The notes under the pieces are model-generated. The model had not been told where the DNA came from and ran no database searches. It worked only from the letters and a program-made list of their open reading frames with translations. From Diploschistes diacapsis (lineage: Eukaryota), in assembly GCA_023645945.1 (NCBI GenBank), contig JALAIB010000065.1, positions 1 to 37,083 of the forward strand: a stretch of 37,083 bases of DNA, read 5' to 3'. Within the stretch, counting starts at the first letter, position 1. The number at the start of each line of letters is the position of its first letter. Position numbers and translations under genes: made by a program. Shown here one piece after another: positions 1 through 11,810 of this stretch.

Positions 1-128
1 ATGCAAGGGAGGGGGAGGGAGGAAATTGCGAGGGAAGGGAGAGGCTTTGCGCTTTTGTCGTGGGTTTGGTGTTCTGTGTCTGTCTGTGTCTGTGCTTGGA
101 TGGAATGGAATGGAATAGAATAGACTGC

Positions 129-156
129 CATGCATGCATGCATGCATGCATGCATG
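129..156. repeat. (CATG)7 self-complementary tetranucleotide microsatellite, followed by (TATG)2, in a low-complexity region
   Basis: Read directly: catgcatgcatgcatgcatgcatgcatg, with nearby (ATGGA)n and (GTCTGT)n tracts. Confidence 0.95.
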
Positions 157-1070
157 TATGTATGTACTCCGATCCAGTGCCTGCCCCATATTATATAGCA
201 TGTTCTTCTTCTTTTTCTTTTTTTTTATTGCCGCTAATATATCTATATCGCATTCCATGCTCCCATCTGCTCCGAATCGACCGCCTTCTCCGCGCCGCCG
301 CACCTCACCTCACCTCTCGTGGCGCCTCAAGGCTCGTGCTCTTGTGCTTAACCTGCTGAGTTGTACACGAGAAAGAAGAAAAAAAATAGAGCAGGAGGAG
401 AGAAAAAAAGAAGGGGGAGAGAGAATGGAACAACGGCTGTGGAGATTAGGAGTCAAGAGGAGATGGGAAATGGGATGATGCAGGACGTGCGCGCTCTTTA
501 TTTTTTCACTTTTGGGGGAAGGCGAGGGGAAGGGGCCGGAGGGAGGATACCGGATACCTGCTTCCTGCTTGCGAGCGAGCTTTGCTTGCTTGCTTGTTCG
601 CCCGCTTACTCGCACAGAGACTCGGAGGAAGAGAGAGAGAGAGGATGGTCTATCGATCCGCCACCGGAGACTGACTGGACTAGAGAGAAGGATGGGCTGG
701 TGGTATCATCGAGTATCGATCCTGGTGGTTAGTTCTCGGCGCGGTTCGATGCTATCTGGTTGTTCATGTGTACTTTTTCTCTCTGATCATTTAGAGCAAC
801 TAGACTTATACTTGTGTGTCTGATAGCTGGTAGCCCGACCTGTAACAGGTAAATATTGGAGGATTGCATCCCGTAGGACACGCAGAGATATAACTGGGGA
901 CTTGGGTAGTAAGCGGAAATTGACTCCGGTCCTGTCCTGGCTACCGAAGGTACAAACGCTCTTAGACGCTTATTCTTGTGCTGTAAATAAGCGCCATGGT
1001 TTATTCCGGGAGAGACTGTATGCGAAGAATGATACTCTATCTCTGCTTAGCTTTCCTCATGCTCATCTTC

Positions 1071-2130
1071 TTAATTCTTGACCTTCACCAAGAACCAAAT
1101 CCTTCTTCCCTCCCTTCCCTTAAAGAAGTGCTTCTCTCTTTCCTTTTCTATTTTCTCCATCTCGGCCTCCCTGACCTCATACTCGGCCCATATCTCTACC
1201 TCCCTTCCCGCCTCTTTTGCAACCTCCTCAAACATCTCCCCCGAAGCTCCCGATATTGTGCCTCCAGACCCAATTCTCCTGTCCTTCTTTCGCAAACGGT
1301 GGCGGAACCCTCTGGCTACCTGCATCCCCCGTTGTTCCTACCAGACCGGCCATAATCCAGCCCTCCTTCCGGGGACGGGTGGCCGCTCTCAGGAGGCGCA
1401 GCATTTGTTTGCAGACCAGTCGCTGAGCGTGCAGGTCGAAGGCATGCAGAAACATTGTAGCCGTAAGAACATCCCCATTCCCCCTGAGTCTTCATCAGTG
1501 GACTCTGAGGATCGCCTGATAGGAAGTCCGCTGCAATAAAATGGCCCTTGAACGTGTTTACGTCGTCGAAAAGCGCGCATCCGGCCTCCTCGAAAGCGGG
1601 CAAAATGTCTGTGCCGAAGAGCTGGGCCGCGGGAACGCCACCGGTGAACACAAGGTGGCGCAGACCTTGGCCGAGGCAGGTGCCTATATCGAGGAGCCGG
1701 CGCGGACTCGATGAAGGATGCTTAAGATGGTCAAGGAGCTGGGCGCACAGTGGGTGCAGCGAGAGGCCAAAGGCAAGGAACCAGAACTCGCCGATGCAGG
1801 GCCAAGGGGAGATGTCGCAGGCCATATCGCGCTAGGAGATTTTATTAACTGTGGTTTCTCTTGGGAGAGTTGGGCTTCAAGTGCATTCGTCTCAAGAGCA
1901 GCTTGGAGCCCGACAAACCAGAACGCAATTGGAAAATGTAGGGCGATGAAAATGAAAGATTTACTATCTTGTACACGTGCATTTCAACATCTTCGGGTGG
2001 GATGTGTGCATAAGCTTCCAATACGTTGCGGCACTCGGGCGTGACCTTATCGTCAACAGAGCTATGGTACCAGGGCCAAGTTCTTGGTGCGAGGGACATG
2101 GGCGCTGAATGCCTCCTGTGGAATGGACAT
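1071..2130 (-). pseudogene. AusD/Trt5/AdrK-like SAM-dependent methyltransferase, frameshifted
   Basis: Reconstructed MSIPQEAFSAHVPRTKNL/PWYHSS..RNVLEAYAHIPPEDVEMHVYKI | intron 1964-1832 | RDMACDISPWPCIGEFWFL..LLDIGTCLGQGLRHLVFTG..LFGTDI..FIAADFL..MFLHAFD..WRHNIGSF/GEMFEEV..IWFLVKVKN*. This resembles the family motifs PYPCIGxFxFL, LDLGCCFGQDLR and FLHLF. Three single extra G bases (~2076, ~1475, ~1240) shift the frame. Confidence 0.8.
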
Positions 2131-2759
2131 ATTGGTAAAGGGGATGCACAAGATGTAAGTGGGAAGGTTACGAAGAAGATGCAAGCAGTGAATAAATAGT
2201 AAACCCCTAGAGAAAGGGGGCAGGGTTACATAGCAGAAATACGGCAGTTGGGCGTTCCAGTATTCTTAAATCCATATATTAGTAGACGTGAACAAGAACT
2301 TTATTGTATTTATTCTCTAAAGGGCCGTAGTACTGCATAAAGTCGAGAAGTTGAACAATCATCGAATACTAGATCACTATGTTCTCCTACTACATTTTGG
2401 ACAACTTGACCAAGTTTTTACGAGATATATTAGCCTCTTTTGGGAAATCCCAGAGTCTGCTATCCAACTAAATAGGGTGTTGTACCATTTATACCCATTC
2501 ATTAGCTTGCGGCCAGTCTCGCCTTTGGAGGTCACTCATATTATCAGTATCTTGTCCAAGCTGCTGCGAGCTAGAAGACTCCTCTATTGGATAAGCAATA
2601 CCGGGGTGCTTTTATAAAGTCGCCTGAATCTGATGATTTTCACCATCATAGGTTATCCGTGTAAAAGTCCTATCGTTGCTCGTATGCCCTGTTTGCCTGC
2701 TCCGCATGCTGAATGTCCGGAGCTATATAAATGGTCTCGAGGAGCTGAAAGTGCTGGTA

Positions 2760-3770
2760 TAGTTTTATTTTTCTGAAATTATTTACTGTAATGTTAAGGG
2801 CAGGGAGAGAAGAAACTATCGCAGCAAACGTTAGGTCCACAACACGTTATAAAAATCCCCTATATCAAATTTTAGCCAATTTGTTTACATTGGGAAAGGA
2901 GCACGACATACAGGTGACAACTGCGCTACCCGCGACTATGAGTACGTTCCTCATAATTGAAGCAATGGAAGATACCAGACCGACAAGAAGCACCAGCCAG
3001 AGACGGATCTTCTTCGGCAACGGTATTTGCAACCGATAGATAATGATAAGGGGGGTGATGAGGAGCAGCCAGTCTGTGGCAATATGTAGAGTCCTGAAAG
3101 CTAGAGTCATTGGCTTCTTGTTGATGCACGTAACTACTCGGGGATTGGGCAGGGAACCAAACGCCGCGATCAAGTAATTAGCCGACACAGGCGTACAGGC
3201 CAATAAATCAACAAAGAAGGTGATTGGGAGTAAGCTCAAGACAAGAAATATGTAGCCTCCATGGATCACTTTCCATGCAATTGTTTTTATTCCAGTGATT
3301 CGCTTTAACGCAAAAGCGATAGAGGTCTTGACTGTGAATACACAGAAATAGAATATTGGTGCATTGATTTGACCCCACTAGATTAAGTTGAGTTCGTTAG
3401 CTTATGTTCTCTAAAGTTTTGGAACGTAACTCATACAATAGTACAGCTTTGAATCTCTTCATAAGTACATTGATACTGGTGCTTGCCTAGGCATCCAAGA
3501 ACTTCTTGAAGGATAGTGGAAATAAGGTAGATAACACCTGCAAGCTGAAGCAACTCGTTAGTTGAAAACATTCCATGGTAAAGCAGTGCACTGACCGCGC
3601 CTGGAATGATGATCGAATCGTCCATGCCCCAAGACCTGGTACTGTATTTTCTCACAAAGAGACGACCCCCGGCTATATCGACAATGAGGCTATTGTAAAG
3701 GCTCGCTAACTATCAGAGAAGTTGCCGGAGACTCGAGAGACGAATTAGCGGTTCGTGGAGGGCCAAATGG
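2760..3770 (-). pseudogene. PTH11-like (fungal rhodopsin-domain) integral membrane protein, degraded
   Basis: Fragments RLFVRKYSTRSWGMDDSIIIPG, GCLGKHQY, FCVFTVKTSIAFALKRI, DLLACTPV, HIATDWLLLITPLIIIYRLQIPLPKKIRL, ASIMR and VDLTFAAIVSSLPAL. There is a stop or frameshift near the N-terminus, a frameshift near 2845 and many TAA/TAG codons in the tail. Boundaries are approximate. Confidence 0.7.
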
Positions 3771-6098
3771 TACTGCTTGATAGGATTAATCTGAGAAGGT
3801 TAAAGCTCCAGTAAGCCCTTTCGTATGCTTTAATCTTGCTGAGACAGAGCCGAATACCGAGTGGAGCTGATGCAATCATTAGAATGATCATGAAGACGAC
3901 GGAGGGAAAAAGCCGTAGCTAGATGAGAAGCAGAAATTCAGAACAAGGACGAGGCTGTGCCCTATGTTCATTCCTCGGACAATAAGCAGCGCAAAACCTA
4001 TTTTTTCTCGAGAGTATGCTCAGGAAAGTTGTTTGCCTTGGGAACCTTAGTCGTGTTTCTCTGCTGGGAAGGGAGAAATACCCATCTCCGTGTTTGCCTG
4101 ACTTGCCAAGTTGGCGCACTCATAAGAGATTTATCGTAGTCCTATCAAAATGTTTATACAAGTAACGTAACAATATATGATGATTTTTCGTAATACATAC
4201 TGGCCAGAAGAGTTCGTCCCCCCAACGGGTAAGGTTAACATGCTATCATACAAGTCCCCCCACGCTGCTCATCGAGACTCTTCAAGATGCTCTGCTAACC
4301 CCTCCAAGGCCTGTCATATTCGCGGCCATACCTGTCTATTGGACGACGGATCATAATAACCGTGGGCTCGCTATTGAAATCAAGCACCGCGGTTTCGCAC
4401 CAGCTATTATGGCAAATGTTATTTTACCCCCTCTTTCTTTACGTATTGCCACAAATGTTTTAACCAAGTTTGCATGATACTGCGAAGCAAAAAGCATTCC
4501 GTTGTACAGCCTCACTAGCTCGATTGGTGGGTTTTTGGTTGGGACGTTGTGGGAGGATTGGAACATCATGTCTTTACCTCGATTGCATGTTTATCCGGAA
4601 CTGTCACAGATACAGATGGAACTTGCTCCTATGGCCCTCAACATACAGCACAGCGGGTATTAATGTTCGTTCCAACGAATGGCACGTGCACGTGAGACGC
4701 CATTAAGGCCTCTAAGGGGCAATACTCAAGGCCACGTTTTGAATTTCTTCGCTTTTTACCATCACGAACTGAAAATGAGCGTGTCAACCGCAACCTCAAA
4801 CAAGTGGAGGGTTGGCCAAAAACCTGCCTAGACGAGCGTTATGAATATAATATAAATAAGTCTAGGCTAGCCCCTTAAGAAGGCGTCGGCGTCGCTAAGT
4901 TTCAAAGCTGGCTGGTGTATTCGGAAGTGATATTTTATAAAGTTAGTGGGAGTGCTCCAGCTAGATACAGACGTTTTCGGTGGCATTGCTATCACGTGAT
5001 GGAACTTTAGAAGTTGAGTTCTTATACACTTGTTTTTTCAGCGCCCATATACTTTCCAAACACACCAAGAAGTTCCGTGCTTCGCTCAGGAATAAAATAA
5101 TATAACAAGATTGAAAAACAGTAAATAGAAAGGACGAAGTCGAACGTCTGAACACATGAACACAGCACGTGAGCCAGGCATCCGATTACCAAATGACTCA
5201 AAAGGCAAATGTTTCCACTCACCTCTTTCCTGGCCAACGCCTGCAGCCACGATAGATCTTACACTGGGACTCCTATCCTGAACATTCATAGTATAGCAAG
5301 TATAGCGCCATATGATACTTTCCATAAGCGCAGCCCAAGTTTGCAGCTGGAATTGTAGGCTCCTTGCACAGTGCGTACTTGCATTACTGGAAACGGCGGC
5401 CAACGGTCTTCACTCAGCGATAGAAACATAGAAAGTGACAAGGACTCCGCATGAGAAGTTTGCCTTCTGACGACGTGGTACTAACAAAGAAAAATAAGAA
5501 ATGGAAGATGTTGCTGCTGCCGCATGACATCAGCCGAGAAACAACACCGTGTGGGTTTTTTTCTCTTCCTGCCCTGTCCCCGCTGACTACCTCCTTTGTT
5601 CCTGAATATCGATGTTCGCAAGAAGGTAGACTTCAAGGCATCTTCTTGGTCTAGGAACGTCCTCATGCTTCGAGATGGAGGCAAAGATGGGGTGGCCCGG
5701 TGGGTGTGGCAACTGCGGCCCGCAGCTGTCACAAGGTCTGACGATTGCCAATCGCCATATCGCGCTTGCCCTGTTCCTACCGACCCGTGAGGCATCTCAC
5801 AGCTGATATTCAACACAAAGTAGCCTTCACGCGTCGATTTACCTGCCTTTTTGCTCTCTTGTATATATGGCCATGTTGCGCCTCCAGCTTTGCGGAGCGC
5901 CACCCCCGGCAAGATGCGAGTCTGGACTTGAGTCTGGTTTTTGGCTTTTGCATCTCCAGTCATAGTAGCAGATTTACCAATTACTGCGATTCTTTAACTC
6001 GTAAAGTGTCTGTGGTGTCGCTGCTGCCTCTGGGCGCCGACCCACGGAACGTTCCAGCCTCGTTTCCCATACACGTTCGCATACGAGAGTCAACGCTC

Positions 6099-9000
6099 AT
6101 GAAGAAGTTCAAGTTTCAGGCCGCTTCCAGAATGGTACTACGCTTGCGATGTCGACGATTGGCGGAAAGGCCCTGCCAACCCGAACTAACGCAGTCTCAG
6201 GAAGCCCCGTCGACCGTGCTACGGTTTGGTCTGACGGAGATCTACGCCCCCAAGCCTTCCTCCTCGGCCCAGGTCGATGTCGTCTTCGTACACGGGCTGA
6301 ACGGCGATCCCAAGCTAACTTGGACGAGCAAGTCGACGAATGTCTTCTGGCCCAAAGATTTATTGCCTCGCTTTATCGAGGACCTCAATATTCGGGTGCT
6401 GGTCTACGGGTACGATGCTGATATTGTATCGTTTGTATCGAAGGGTAGGGGCGCTACCAAAGACAGGATACACAACCATGCCGAACGTCTTGTGGCAGAC
6501 TTGTTTGCGAATCGTCGGGTATGTTCCTTGGGATGTGCGTCATTTCATTTACAATGCTGATGAAAAACCAGATTCGGAAAGCTGCAGAACGCCCCATAAT
6601 ATTTTTGGCACACTCTTTAGGTGGGATAGTAGTCAAAAGGGTACGTTGAGTGTTCGAGACCCCGTATAACGCAGCCCAGAGTATCTATCAGCTTCGCTCA
6701 TATGCAAAGCATGACGAGCGAGAACTGACATATGCATCCACAGGCTTTAATATATTCCGCTGAGATTTCTGGGGTCAAGACAGAGCATCTCCGCTCAGTA
6801 GCCGTGTCCACATATGGCATTTTCTTCTTGGGCACTCCGCACAAGGGTTCCGACCTTGGACAGTGGGGATCCTATCTCGAATCGCTATGCAACGCAATCA
6901 TTCCCAAGAAGCTTCTGGATAGCCAACCCCATCTCCTCGAAGCGCTGAAAACAAATAGCGAGACGTTGCAGAATGTCGATCGCCAGTTCTCCATGCTCAT
7001 GGACCAATATCATCTGTTTTTCTTCCATGAAGGTAAGCCTACAGACTTCAAAGGTACATACCACTTTGTGAGTCGTAGATTTCCTCGACCCCCTTACCTC
7101 CACACTGATTTGATGTTAGATCGTCGAAGAGGAATCTGCTGCACCGACCCTACCCGACGTCGAGAGAGCCAGCATACAGGCCGACCACTCGGCAATGTGC
7201 AAATTTGATAACGAAAACTCGCCGGGGTTCGACTTGATCGTCGACGGTATTCAAAGATATTCAGAGGACGCTCCCCCAACGGTTAGGCAGCGTTGGCTTG
7301 CTGAAAAGCAAGAAAGGTTGAACCGGAAGTTGCGCAAGGCCAAGGAGCTTGTTCCCGGCGCCATTGGTATGTATCATATAGGAGAACGGCCCACACCCTT
7401 TCTGCCGCCAAGTCTGACGTTGACATATTTAGATGATATCAGATTGTCCGAAAGTGGAAGGATTGATCCCCCATCAATTACCGCATCGCCAAGTAAGTTC
7501 CTTCCACAAAGCGGCCGACTTGCTCTTCCGTACTTTGCTATGCCACTTTCGTTTGATGGGGGAGAGGGCGGGGTTCGGTCACAGGAAGGGTGCGAGGTGG
7601 AAGAGCTTGGATGAGCTGTTGCACCGTATTGTTGCTTGATCCAGGGCGTCTCGAGTATCTCTTTTTCCACTTTAGGCTAGACAATGTAATGCTGATTCTA
7701 TCTACTGTAGGCCATTCGATAATCGACATGCGCGAATCACTGCTTCCAAAACATGTATCTGCTGCGTCCAGCACCGATTTCCTGTCCACCACTTCCAGAC
7801 CAACGGAGCCTTTCTTCATCGTACCCCCCGGCTTTCGCACGAACCCCATATTCGTAGGAATGCAGAAGGAAATGCAGCTCCTCGACCAACATCTATTCGA
7901 AGACCGCCGTGAGATCACAACCGCGTGTGTCTTGATACATGGTCATCCAGGAGCCGGAAAGTCCCACCTCGTACGCCAGTACATATTCGAAAATCGCCAA
8001 AAGTTCCCTGGCGGAGTGTTTTGGGTCAACGCGCATCTGATCGAGGAAGTCGAGAATGATTTTTGGCAGATATCGCAGAAAGTTATTGCAAAAGTTTCGC
8101 CGGAGATGATGCTGGGCAGCCAGGGTCCTCCTGGCTACAGACGCTACGCCGATACCGTTCGGAAGTGGTTCGAAAGTCGGCAAGAATGGCTCATGGTGTT
8201 TGATGGCATTGCGATCGAGAAAGAGAAGGACCTTGAAAAGCTATATCGCTTCATACCTGACAGCCCAAATTCTAACATCATATACATTTCAAGATCGAGG
8301 CGATTCGAGGCCATGGACCGACTGTTGAACCCAGTGGCTGTCAAAGTTCGACCTTTGGACGAATCGGAAGGACGGGATCTGTTGTTCAAGGAGCTACACG
8401 TGGAGCGACCCCGAGCTGCTCAGCTGAAGAGCGCGACGGACCTAGTTAACAAGATCGGTGGCCTTCCATTAGCGATCAACGCTATTGCGAAGCGCATTGC
8501 AGATACGCATGTTCCGATTGAAAAGTACAGTATGAAGTCCTATTCCATGGATCCTATACTGGGCGCAACCTACAGACTGGTTGTGGATGATTTACGAAAG
8601 AATCGACACAAAGAGGCCCTGAACCTAATCAGCATCATATGCTTTTTTGGACCTCATATACCTGTCGAAATGATTCATCTAGGTTTGAAAGCACTCAAAA
8701 TGGCTGGCATAGAAGTCACATCCGGCGAGAATGGAGAAGAACCGGATTTGAATATTACTTTCGGAATCCTGATGAGGCATGCCTTGATAGAACGTAACGA
8801 ACCTGATGATACGACTTCCTTGTCTGGAAGTCGCGATAGCTTGGTCGAGCCGGAGCCAATCGATATGTTGAAAATGCATACGGTTATTCAAAAGTTCTGC
8901 TCGGACAGCTTGAATGCTAGCAAAAGACTACCAATCTGGTTGAATCATGCCTGTCAGCTTCTTATCTGTTCGTATCACGAAGCAGACGCTAGAATTCGCG

Positions 9001-11306
9001 GTCGCCCCGAACCACCCCGTCTTTCTGACTACAGACAGTACTCGATCCATGGAGAACAACTTCGGCAGCACACGTTGAGCTACGAGAGCAAACGCCAACC
9101 GCTTGAGCATCTTCGCGTCCAACTCGATGGTACTTTGGACAACATAAGGGAGAAAATTCGGTCAATGGAGCCCCGGTCATCGCAGGAAAGTGTTGTGCAG
9201 CAAGAGTTTCAATGCTCCATCTTCGATCGGACAAACACCAGTTCAAGCTCGAGCAATTCTCAGACAGACGATGCGAGTCCGACCAACTCATCGCATCGAT
9301 TATATGCTGAAGCCAATGAACTGACGGATCCAACATTTCGGCGGACATCCGACTCTTCCACAAGAACAAAAGTCTCGGACCGCTCCTCACAAACTTCTGC
9401 ACACGCAAGAATAGATACTTGCCCACGTTCGTCAACGGCAGAGGAAGCCAAGCTGCGCACATCCCAACCCATGCAAAAGAATCCGTCAGACACACCCACT
9501 CTTCGTCCAAGTGAAACCAAGCCAATAACTTACGGTGTGGCACGGCAGGTCGGCTTCTCCACGCCGTCGACCACGTTAAATACAGAAGCGGCAATGGGAT
9601 CGATGTTCAGAGTTCCATCAGAAGAAAACCCAACGACCTCGCGACCGTCTCCAAGTGCATTGTCATCTTTAACGAGCTTTCAGAGACCTAAGCAGCAAGC
9701 GGCAAAACTATACGAATCGTTCGGCCCAAAACTTTTTTCGTATGGTCGTGGCCAAGGGTCGCAAGAGATTGCACATCGTGGCTGGCAATCAGCAGCTGAT
9801 GAAATCATTGAAACCCAGATACCGCCTCGCATATCATCCGCGCCTGACCAGAGTGGGCACCAGCCTCCTTTTGCTTCTCTTGCATATGCTAGGGGAAGGA
9901 CAGGCCCAACCTATGCCCAACACCTGCGGTCTGATGGTCAATCGCCATCGAGATCAGAGTTTGTTCGTGCGAAGTCTCCCCTTGCTGCACCTATGATGCC
10001 TCCATTTCGCGATGCGCAGCGCTCGGAAGCGCTCGTATGTAATCCAGGCTACTCTACAACTGGGGACACAAATTCCAAGCTCCCTCTACCTTCGCAAACT
10101 TTGGTTTCGACCAGCTCTCAAGGTGACACTTCCAAGTCTCTTGCGCTTCGTTCAAACACCATGCCATCGACCTCTGAACAGAATGATGTAGGTGCTCCTT
10201 TGATGGAATATCCATTGCTACAAAGCTCTGCACTTTCGGAAAACGTTGGCGATACTCTAATCGTCTATCGTTCATCCAGTCTAACGAACCAACCTATTGC
10301 ATTCCATCTCGCTCCAAGCACGTCAGTAACCAACCTGCAGCAGCTACCTTCACAGCAGGCGTACCAGCGTCAGTCTTTTTCTATTGGTCCGGCAGTTCAA
10401 GACAGCTTATTTCCTACATCGTTCCAATCACCGCAAGTTGGACCCATCCGGGCCAGTGAGTCTTCACGCTTACGGTGGCTTGATGGATCGTCGGCTCAAA
10501 TTTCTCCTCAGTTTGCATCAAACAACTCCTCTCCGACCATGCCACCTCACATGTTTTCCAGTATTCATTCTGATGTTGGTCCTGCTATCCATACGGATAA
10601 GGAGCCAAGGGCTCGTCCAAATTTAACCGCCATCGTTAAAAATAACGCTAGGGAAACTACAGCATCACATCAAAGCCGGCAGCCCCAGGTCCAAAGTGCG
10701 CCACTGGTTTATTCACACTTTTCGACGTCGAATTCAGTGGTTGCACCATCACCACTCTCTACTGGAGCCATATCACTTTCTCGTCCCACTTCGTCAGGGT
10801 CAAAAACACCATCAGGTTGCATAACAGATGGCCAGGGATTAGGTATCGGGGAGTTCCCAGGACAAATCTCAATCCCAAGCTTTGCAATAGTCCCTCCATC
10901 CGACCCTCGACGACGTCTGCGTGCACGAGAAGGCCGCCTCACGGAGCGAGACGTCAACATTCTCGTCCGACTGCCTTCCGAAGAGAATCATCCACTAGCC
11001 CCAAAACGCGAACACTTCGCAGGCGTCGCTGAATCCGGCCCTGCGCCGTTGGCACCAAAAGGCCCTGACGGCCAGACAATCATCTCAAGCGATGACCTCC
11101 GCGCGTGGAAACCGGCCAAGAGGAACGTAGGTATGCGGAGCAGCGCACCGTACCCGGAAATCAGCAGATTTCCGGCTGGCGGTCAAAGTGTTTCGGTCAA
11201 CACCCTGCTCGACATGGAACCAGAACATCGGAGGAGACGGAGTGCGCCTGAAAGCCCTGGATGGAGCACAGTGAGGGACAGTGATGGTTGGCTTGGGCAA
11301 GGGTGA
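6099..11306 (+). CDS. SesB/LipA-like alpha/beta-hydrolase + NB-ARC domain protein (fungal NLR-like) with a long low-complexity C-terminus
   Basis: Predicted introns 6135-6194, 6519-6571, 6641-6743, 7068-7119, 7367-7432 and 7493-7710, all GT-AG with phases checked. Hydrolase motifs DVVFVHGLNG, RVLVYGYDAD, AHSLGG (nucleophile elbow), FLGTPHKGS and DHSAMCKF. NB-ARC motifs GHPGAGKS (Walker A), WLMVFDG (Walker B), GGLPLAI and MHTVIQ. Confidence 0.88.
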
Positions 11307-11810
11307 GAGAACTGTATTTTTTTTTTTTTTTGCAAGTTATTCGTTTCGGCATATTATGGCACAGCAGCATTGTATTTGCAGCGAGCATTGGATAGCTTTT
11401 TTCCCGGAGTTATCGGCATCGCATATACGTAAGATACCCCATAATGAGCAGAGACTTGCGTTCCATGAGGTTGGGGGTGAATGACTGGTGGATGCTAGCA
11501 GGGGAGAAGGCTGGTTTGAGGACTTCAAAAGCGTATGATTGGTTTCAATGGGTTTTAGAATGACCGAGGAGAAAGGACATAAAGCATTTTTTAGAATATG
11601 AGAGGATCTGGAATTGGAGAATAGTGATTTTGTACGCCCAATTATCGCATTTAAGGGGGGCCTCCTTTTCCTAATAGGGAGGTCTTTTGAGTTCTCCTTG
11701 GCAAGCCCCGCTGCTGCTAGTGCTTCACTTCAATAACGGGTCCCTTCGTAATGAACGTATCTTCAATAGGTCAAGCCACACACGCAAAGGATCAGAAGTA
11801 AAGGCCGGAC

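Noticed and set aside
3800..6098. Multiple 60-160 aa ORFs, including the 5' extension of ORF 5745-6560
   Set aside because: No motifs or consistent splice structure. The NLR-like gene more plausibly starts at ATG 6099.
7590..7710. N-terminus of the 1238-aa ORF as an independent gene start
   Set aside because: This stretch is intronic. The acceptor at 7710 joins in phase with the upstream hydrolase exons.
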